DNA of 32,966 nt. Source: an uncultured Bacillota bacterium. Its GTDB lineage: Bacteria; Bacillota; UBA994; UBA5500. The translations under genes and the position numbers were made by a program. Each line of letters opens with the position of its first letter. The first letter of the stretch is position 1. Positions 27,468 to 32,966 of this stretch are shown here, piece after piece. The DNA lies in assembly GCA_937874815.1 (NCBI GenBank), contig CALNBW010000374.1, forward strand, positions 1 through 32,966, given 5' to 3'. The notes under the pieces were generated by a model, which saw only the letters and a list, made by a program, of their open reading frames with translations, ran no database searches and had not been told where the DNA came from.

Positions 27468-28749
27468 CCCTATCCCTCCTGAAAACAATGCTGCCGTCAA
27501 CCATGGTGAGTACGGCTTGTCCAATTAATTCCTGATTTAGGTAAGGCGTATTTTTGCCTTGGGAACGCAAATTATCTGGGTTTACATACCAACGTTTCTG
27601 GGGTGCCAGCACCACTAGATCGGCCGGGGTACCGACAGCCAGGCGTCCCTGCGGCAGCCCCAAGATTGCTGCTGGTCTGCAGGTTAGGGCGGGCAGCAGC
27701 TCTGCCAGCGTCAATAAGCCTGGTTGCACTAGGGCTGCCTGTGCTACCGCAAAAGCAACTTCTAGACCGCTAAACCCAAAAGCAGCCTGGCTGAGTGGCA
27801 CGTCCTTTTCGTGGGCTGCATGGGGGGCATGATCGGTGGCAATGATGTCGATGGTGCCGTCCAACATTCCGGTTATCAATGCTTCCCGGTCGGCCTCGCT
27901 GCGCAGAGGTGGGTTAACTTTGGCCTGACCAAGCAAAGCAGGCACTACAGCCTCCGTTAAATGCAAGTGGTGAGGGGTAACCTCCGCCGTAACCTGGATG
28001 CCGCGAGCCTTGGCCGCTCGAATCAGGTGTACGGATTCAGCCGAGCTCACATGGCAGACGTGGAGGTGCCCCCCGGTTAATTCAGCTAAGTAAAGATCCC
28101 GCGCCAGCATGATGAATTCTGAGGCAGCAGGGATACCCTCATCCCCCAGTTGTTGGCTAATCCTACCGGCGTTTATGCTACCCCTACCAGCGAGCTCCGC
28201 GTCTTCTTCATGGGCCATGATTGGTACGGCTAGAGCCTGAGCCGCCTGCAGGGCTAGCAGCATCATTTTGCTGCTCATCACACCCCGCCCATCATCGGAG
28301 AAAGCAACTGCGCCGCTGGCCTGCAAAGCGGCAAAATCTGTTAACTCACGGCCGGTTTGCTCTACAGATATAGCGCCTATCGGCAACACCTTCACTATGC
28401 TAGTAGCTGCTGCCTGCTCTTTGACCCAAGCCACTCTCGCTGCGGTATCGAGGGCCGGCCTAGTGTTGGGCATGCAGGCGATCGTCGTAAATCCACCGGC
28501 AGCGGCTGCTTGCGCCCCGCTAGCGATAGTCTCTTTGTGCTCATATCCGGGCTCCCGCAAGTGCGTATGCAGATCAATAAAACCTGGGGCCAAGACGGCA
28601 TCAGCTAAGTCGATCTCCTCCGCCGTCTCGCAAGTAATCCTAGGAGCAATAGCCGTTATCCGTTTATCCTCTACTAACAATTCGCCCCGCACTAGTCGGC
28701 GCTGCTCTACATCAGCAAGCCAACCATTACGGAAGATAGTTTTTCCCAT
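27451..28749 (-). CDS. pyrC: dihydroorotase
   Basis: FIDLHTHLREPG, the HxH metal site, DHAPH, and the overall 432-aa multifunctional-type DHOase pattern. Confidence 0.95.
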   Translation of the reverse strand: MGKTIFRNGWLADVEQRRLVRGELLVEDKRITAIAPRITCETAEEIDLADAVLAPGFIDLHTHLREPGYEHKETIASGAQAAAAGGFTTIACMPNTRPALDTAARVAWVKEQAAATSIVKVLPIGAISVEQTGRELTDFAALQASGAVAFSDDGRGVMSSKMMLLALQAAQALAVPIMAHEEDAELAGRGSINAGRISQQLGDEGIPAASEFIMLARDLYLAELTGGHLHVCHVSSAESVHLIRAAKARGIQVTAEVTPHHLHLTEAVVPALLGQAKVNPPLRSEADREALITGMLDGTIDIIATDHAPHAAHEKDVPLSQAAFGFSGLEVAFAVAQAALVQPGLLTLAELLPALTCRPAAILGLPQGRLAVGTPADLVVLAPQKRWYVNPDNLRSQGKNTPYLNQELIGQAVLTMVDGSIVFRRDRDASDA

Positions 28750-28769
28750 AAGGTCTCCCCCTCTAGCTT

Positions 28770-30062
28770 CTATTGCTCGTTCGATTGAGCTGTCTGTTCT
28801 GTAATACGTTTGGGTAGGACCAGATTTAGCAGCACACCAACCACCGCGCCTAACCCCATGCCGCTCAGGAAGAAAATTTCCAAGCCGCTGATGCCGAGAA
28901 TGAGCACGGTGCTGACGATAATAAGGTTGCGGGTATCGCTTAAATCAACCTGCCGCTCTACTAACGTGCGTATCCCGATAGCGGCAATCATGCCGAAGAG
29001 CAGCACCGTGACGCCCCCCATCACGGGCGAGGGCACGGTGGCGATCAGGGCTCCAACTTTCGGGAACATGCTAAAGATGAGCACAAAGACGGCGGCTACT
29101 TGTACTACGATGGGGTTATAAACACCGGTAATAGCTAATACCCCTACGTTCTCGCCATAGGTAGTATTGGGTGGGCCGCCGAAGAAGGCAGCCAATGAGG
29201 TGGCAATACCGTCGCCCAACAGGGTGCGGTGCAGCCCCGGGCTAGCTAGGAAATCGCGGCCAGTAGTCCGGCCAATGGTTAGCACATCCCCCAAATGCTC
29301 AATCATGGTCACGATAGCCACTGGAGCCACCATCAGGATTGCCCCCAGCTGCCAGTTAGCGGGATTCAATAGGGTATCTGCCTTAGCATGAAAAAGAGTG
29401 TTAAAATATGCGGGCAAGGCTGGGGTCCAAGGAGTTTGCTTCAGTATTTGAAACAGGTCTTGGCCTTGGCTATTGAGAAATAGCCCCAGTTCGGGGTAAC
29501 GCCAGTTAGCCACAAGGGCAAAAGCATAACCGGAGATAATGCCTAGCAAGATGGGGATGATTTTCACCATCCCTTTGCCGTAATAGCTGATGAGTATAAC
29601 GGCAGCAAGGGTGAACATCGCAGTCGGGAGATGTACGGCAGACATATCTTTGGCAGCGCCAGCCAAGCCCAAACCGATGGTCATAATCACCGGCCCTACA
29701 ACTACAGGGGGAAAGAGCTTATCAATAAAAGCGATACCGATACGAGAAATGATCAAGCCCATCACTACATATGCCAGGCCAGCCACGAAACAGCCCGCCA
29801 AAGCACCGGCGGTTCCATACTGCTCGCTAGCAGCGATGATGGGAGCAATGAAGGCAAAGGAAGACCCCAGATAGGCTGGCACCTGACCACCAGTGATGAG
29901 CTGAAAGACTAAGGTGCCGAGCCCTGAGGTAAATAGGGCCGTGGAAGTATCAAGACCGGTTAGCATTGGCACTAACACTGTGGCCCCAAACATAGCGAAC
30001 ACGTGCTGAATACCGAGCGGTAATAATCTGCCGAGTGGCACTGGATCATATGGTTTCTGCAT
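28770..30062 (-). CDS. pyrP: uracil permease (NCS2 family)
   Basis: 430 aa and about 12 TM helices. The N-terminus LGIQHVFAMFGATVLVP and the motif PNTTYGENVGV are typical of UraA/PyrP. Its position after pyrR matches Bacillus. Confidence 0.9.
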   Translation of the reverse strand: MQKPYDPVPLGRLLPLGIQHVFAMFGATVLVPMLTGLDTSTALFTSGLGTLVFQLITGGQVPAYLGSSFAFIAPIIAASEQYGTAGALAGCFVAGLAYVVMGLIISRIGIAFIDKLFPPVVVGPVIMTIGLGLAGAAKDMSAVHLPTAMFTLAAVILISYYGKGMVKIIPILLGIISGYAFALVANWRYPELGLFLNSQGQDLFQILKQTPWTPALPAYFNTLFHAKADTLLNPANWQLGAILMVAPVAIVTMIEHLGDVLTIGRTTGRDFLASPGLHRTLLGDGIATSLAAFFGGPPNTTYGENVGVLAITGVYNPIVVQVAAVFVLIFSMFPKVGALIATVPSPVMGGVTVLLFGMIAAIGIRTLVERQVDLSDTRNLIIVSTVLILGISGLEIFFLSGMGLGAVVGVLLNLVLPKRITEQTAQSNEQ

Positions 30063-30099
30063 TAACTTCTCCCCCTTCTACTGAGCAAATCTGTCATGA

Positions 30100-30139
30100 A
30101 GGTCGTGGTCCTTCTCGCGCGCGAGCAGGGCCAACGACC
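30100..30139 (-). promoter_or_regulatory. long imperfect hairpin in the pyrR-pyrP spacer; candidate second PyrR-controlled attenuator
   Basis: Minus-strand RNA: AGGUCGUUGGCCCUGCUCGCGCGCGAGAAGGACCACGACCU. The outer 7 bp pair perfectly and the core is the palindrome CUCGCGCGCGAG. The segment CCCUGC...GAGAAGGA loosely resembles the pyrR-leader site. There is no clear U-tract. Confidence 0.35.
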
Positions 30140-30727
<588 letters not shown>

Positions 30728-30731
30728 TTAA

Positions 30732-30760
30732 GGGCCCTCCTGCAAGATACAGGAAGGCCC
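30732..30760 (-). terminator. pyrR leader attenuator terminator
   Basis: 11-bp stem on the minus strand, GGGCCUUCCUG / CAGGAGGGCCC, followed by UUAAUUAUGCCUUUU just before the pyrR ribosome-binding site. Confidence 0.6.
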
Positions 30761-30789
30761 TGGAAAGCTATTGGGGCGTACTCCTTGCT

Positions 30790-30803
30790 AGTCTCGCAGG
30801 ACT
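30790..30803 (-). promoter_or_regulatory. candidate PyrR binding loop
   Basis: Minus-strand AGUCCUGCGAGACU followed by AGCAAGGAG. This resembles the Bacillus PyrR box (A/G)UCCAGAGAGGCU...AAGG and lies upstream of the attenuator terminator. Confidence 0.5.
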
Positions 30804-30823
30804 AACTTAAAGGGTTCTCGCTT

Positions 30824-30853
30824 AGATTAGCAGTTTAACATTAGCTCTGTCAA
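30824..30853 (-). promoter_or_regulatory. candidate sigma-A promoter of the pyr operon
   Basis: On the reverse strand: TTGACA (30853..30848), an 18-nt spacer, then TAATCT (30829..30824). Confidence 0.5.
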
Positions 30854-30949
30854 CCATTGCCCAGGTTCGGTACATTGCGAGGCTACTAATGAAGGTCATG
30901 ATCCTTCTCCCGAACTCCGAGGAACTTCCTCAGTGATCTCGTACATCCC

Positions 30950-31864
30950 CTAAGCTTGGCGTAACCTATCCAGAACCTGCTGAAACTGAGGCGGCACATC
31001 TGCCGTAAACTGCATTATTTCCTGGGTAATAGGATGCTGAAAACCGAGGCACCAGGCATGCAACAACTGTCCCTGCAGCCCAAAGGCTATTTTACGGGGT
31101 CCATAGACGCTATCTCCCACAACGGGATGGCCGAGATGGGCCATGTGTACACGTATCTGATGGGTACGCCCGGTTTCCAACTGCAGCTCCATAAAGGTGT
31201 AATGGCCAAAGCGCTCCCTGACTTGGTAATGGGTAATTGCCTCGCGCCCCGAGGCCACTACAGCCATTTGCTTACGCAATACGGGGTGACGCGCTAACGG
31301 GGCATTGACTGTCCCCTGATCCTGCCGTACGTTGCCATACACCAGAGCCAAATATCTGCGTTCTATTTGTCTAGCTTTAAGCTGTTCCGAAAGCCTGCGA
31401 TGGGCCAGATCACTTTTAGCCACTACTAATAGACCCGAAGTGTCTTTGTCTAGGCGATGCACAATGCCAGGCCGCAATATACCATTAATACCTGATAGGT
31501 CGCCCATGTGGTAGAGCAGGGCATTGACCAAGGTGCCCGAATAATTGCCTTGGGCGGGATGGGTTACCATCCCTTGCGGCTTGTTTATAACCGCCAGGTA
31601 CGCGTCCTCATAGATGATAGTCAGGGGGATGTTCTCAGCCACCACCTCTAGCGGGCGGGGTGCGGAAACAGCGATAGTAATGCGCTCGCCACCCCGTAGG
31701 CGATGGTTACTTTTAGTAATAACGCGCCCGTCTACTTTAACTTGCTCCTCACGAATAAGGCGCTGAATCTGGGACCGCGTTAACTCCAGGTCCTGTAAAG
31801 CGAGCCAAGCGTCAACCCGTTGGCCTGCATGTTCGACAGCTACCACCAATTCGTACTCTTGCAT
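30950..31864 (-). CDS. rluD: 23S rRNA pseudouridine synthase, RluD subfamily
   Basis: N-terminal S4 domain (RVDAWL...TRSQIQRLI), catalytic HRLDKDTSGLLV, and TGRTHQIRVH. 304 aa. Confidence 0.93.
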   Translation of the reverse strand: MQEYELVVAVEHAGQRVDAWLALQDLELTRSQIQRLIREEQVKVDGRVITKSNHRLRGGERITIAVSAPRPLEVVAENIPLTIIYEDAYLAVINKPQGMVTHPAQGNYSGTLVNALLYHMGDLSGINGILRPGIVHRLDKDTSGLLVVAKSDLAHRRLSEQLKARQIERRYLALVYGNVRQDQGTVNAPLARHPVLRKQMAVVASGREAITHYQVRERFGHYTFMELQLETGRTHQIRVHMAHLGHPVVGDSVYGPRKIAFGLQGQLLHAWCLGFQHPITQEIMQFTADVPPQFQQVLDRLRQA

Positions 31865-31868
31865 GGCT

Positions 31869-32309
31869 TTAACCGGCTAACTCCTGCTGCCACATAACTA
31901 CAATTAGCAGTATAGCTCCTATCACTACAGCGCAATCAGCTAAATTGAACACCGGCCATACCTTGAAATCAATGAAATCAACTACGTAGCCATAAACTAG
32001 CCGATCATAGAGATTGCCGAAAGCCCCGCCAGCAATGAGGGCTAGGGCAAGTTTGCCCCATATACCTAAATGGCTGAATAGGTCCCGCCACAAGAACAAG
32101 CCGACAAAAAGCACTATGCTAACAATTGCTAGGGGCAAAGCTTTCCCACTAAAGAGGCCGAAAGCAGCCCCAGTGTTTCTTACATGGGTTAGGTTTAACC
32201 AGTTCCCCAGCAGTGGCCGACTCGTCCACAGTGGCAGCGACTTTACAACCCAGATTTTCAACAGGCGGTCTAATACCCAGATTGCCAAAGCTAGTAGCAC
32301 GTATGCCAC
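31869..32309 (-). CDS. lspA: lipoprotein signal peptidase II
   Basis: 146 aa, four TM helices, motifs NTGAAFG and FNLADCAVVIG. GTG start after AAGGAGG. Confidence 0.93.
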   Translation of the reverse strand: MAYVLLALAIWVLDRLLKIWVVKSLPLWTSRPLLGNWLNLTHVRNTGAAFGLFSGKALPLAIVSIVLFVGLFLWRDLFSHLGIWGKLALALIAGGAFGNLYDRLVYGYVVDFIDFKVWPVFNLADCAVVIGAILLIVVMWQQELAG

Positions 32310-32338
32310 GCAAATACCTCCTTACCCGGTTGGGAACC

Positions 32339-32367
32339 AAAAAAGGCTGTCCGACTACTGGACAGCC
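32339..32367 (-). terminator. rho-independent terminator downstream of the YteA/YlyA-like gene
   Basis: 8-bp stem ggctgtcc (32345..32352) / ggacagcc (32360..32367), followed on the minus strand by UUUUUU (32344..32339). Confidence 0.8.
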
Positions 32368-32392
32368 TAAAGTAATTCTAGCACGCAAGGAA

Positions 32393-32737
32393 TCAATGCT
32401 CAAGGGGCCCCGGCCGCAGCGGGTTTTTTTGCGAACCTGTGCGTCGGCCCTTTTTGACAAACTGGTCGCGACTGCGATCATAGGATGCCGGTAATGCTTC
32501 TTCTTCAAAGACAACGCCAATAGGCTCATCGTGATCGATATATACGTCATTATAGTCTTCCACCTGGCGGAAATCCCCAGGGGTATTTGAAGTACCATAA
32601 CGAGCTACTGCCTGCCAAGCATCTTCACCGTCGAAACCAACATTTTCGTTGGCAGCATCATCAGTAAAGCTGTGCTGCAAAAGCTCGTTGACTGCTAGCC
32701 CCTCATCGGGGCGTCGCCGCACCCTTTCCTGCTCCCC
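32393..32737 (-). CDS. C-terminal acidic region of a YteA/YlyA-family protein, in frame behind an internal TAG
   Basis: The translation GEQERVRRRPDEG...FDGEDAWQAVARYGTSNTPGDF...EEEALPASYD parallels the B. subtilis YteA tail (DRPIEEE...DSEDSYQDVEKYGNSQTPQD). The track begins it at the GTG at 32722, with no convincing ribosome-binding site. The frame is continuous with 32741..32966. Confidence 0.6.
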   Translation of the reverse strand, partial: GEQERVRRRPDEGLAVNELLQHSFTDDAANENVGFDGEDAWQAVARYGTSNTPGDFRQVEDYNDVYIDHDEPIGVVFEEEALPASYDRSRDQFVKKGRRTGSQKNPLRPGPLEH

Positions 32738-32966
32738 CTATGCGCAACCCAAACAACGTGCCGCGTAGGGCAGGGCAGACAGACGCTCTTCCGGAATAGG
32801 CCGACCACAATCCACACACCAACCGTAGGTGCCCTGCTCCATGCGCTCCAGGGCTGACTCGATCTGCTCTAGCAAGTGTTCCTGGTCCTTCTGTAAACCT
32901 AAGTCCTTGCTGCGCTCGTAGGTCTCGGAAGCTACATCGGCCGGGTGGTTATCGTAAGTCGAAAAT
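32738..32966 (-). CDS. DksA/TraR C4 zinc-finger protein (YteA/YlyA family), 5' end outside the window, terminated by TAG at 32740..32738
   Basis: Hand translation: FSTYDNHPADVASETYERSKDLGLQKDQEHLLEQIESALERMEQGTYGWCVDCGRPIPEERLSALPYAARCLGCA, then a stop. It contains a CxxC-x17-CxxC finger. Its position upstream of lspA-rluD-pyrR mirrors B. subtilis ylyA. Confidence 0.8.
   Translation of the reverse strand, partial: FSTYDNHPADVASETYERSKDLGLQKDQEHLLEQIESALERMEQGTYGWCVDCGRPIPEERLSALPYAARCLGCA

Noticed and set aside
28268-28804. A 178-aa plus-strand ORF antisense to pyrC, and similar ORFs antisense to pyrP, proA, pruA, the opp genes and others.
   Set aside because: These are low-complexity Ala/Ser/Pro/Arg-rich translations opposite well-supported genes. 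They have no start context.
30855-30900. A possible 25-codon leader peptide (ATGACCTTCATT...) starting inside the upstream copy of the repeated pyr box.
   Set aside because: The second copy of the box has ACG instead of ATG, so the coding reading is not conserved between copies. The ORF also runs across the predicted promoter.
32404-32431. A GC-rich segment followed by TTTTTTT on the plus strand (ggggccccggccgcagcgggttttttt), which looks like a plus-strand terminator inside the YteA-like tail.
   Set aside because: The best stem I can draw is only 4 bp (CCCG/CGGG). No plus-strand gene or promoter lies upstream. The run is explained by codons for QKNPLRPGP on the minus strand.
32738-32740. Pyrrolysine decoding of the internal TAG in the YteA-like gene.
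   Set aside because: It is kept only as a remote alternative within the finding. TAG clearly terminates neighbouring genes, for example at 7396 and 7210. No pyl genes or methylamine methyltransferase context are visible in this window.

Overview
The window looks like a Firmicutes-type chromosome segment (Clostridia, Negativicutes or Bacilli-like), and almost every gene is on the minus strand. Supporting signals are a T-box leader, a PyrR attenuator, GGAGG ribosome-binding sites, and the Bacillus-like order ylyA/yteA-like, lspA, rluD, pyrR, pyrP.

Gene content from left to right:
- A somewhat AT-richer left edge holds a secreted toxin-like protein and a small membrane partner gene, followed by two poorly supported hypothetical ORFs.
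- Next come the pyruvate,phosphate dikinase regulatory protein and ppdK.
- A three-gene redox module follows: a TlpA-like lipoprotein, a 45-aa CXXC mini-protein and a NapH-like 4Fe-4S membrane protein.
- pruA/rocA is the only long plus-strand gene.
- A proline T-box controls proB-proA-proC plus an uncharacterised fucose/arabinose-isomerase-fold gene.
- A long operon encodes a family-5 peptide ABC importer, three peptidase or beta-lactamase-fold hydrolases and a PLP dehydratase, with a divergent TetR-like regulator.
- The right end holds pyrR-pyrP-pyrC-pyrK-pyrD, rluD, lspA and a DksA/TraR-type (YteA/YlyA-like) gene.

The most interesting observations:
1. The TlpA-like gene is split in the ORF track only by an in-frame TGA. 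That codon sits exactly where the first Cys of the CxxC motif belongs, so I predict a selenocysteine UxxC lipoprotein.
2. This selenoprotein is tightly linked to an ORF missing from the track (CD1871A-type CXXC mini-protein) and to a polyferredoxin membrane protein. Together they could form a redox relay across the membrane without CcdA/DsbD.
3. An in-frame TAG joins two halves of the YteA/YlyA-like gene.
4. A sugar-isomerase-fold gene lies inside the proline T-box operon.
5. A palindrome-dense element of about 180 bp sits between two convergent terminators.
6. A 24-nt box is repeated upstream of pyrR and upstream of pyrP.

I found no rRNA, tRNA, CRISPR array or transposase. All family assignments come from reading motifs by eye, and no searches were run.
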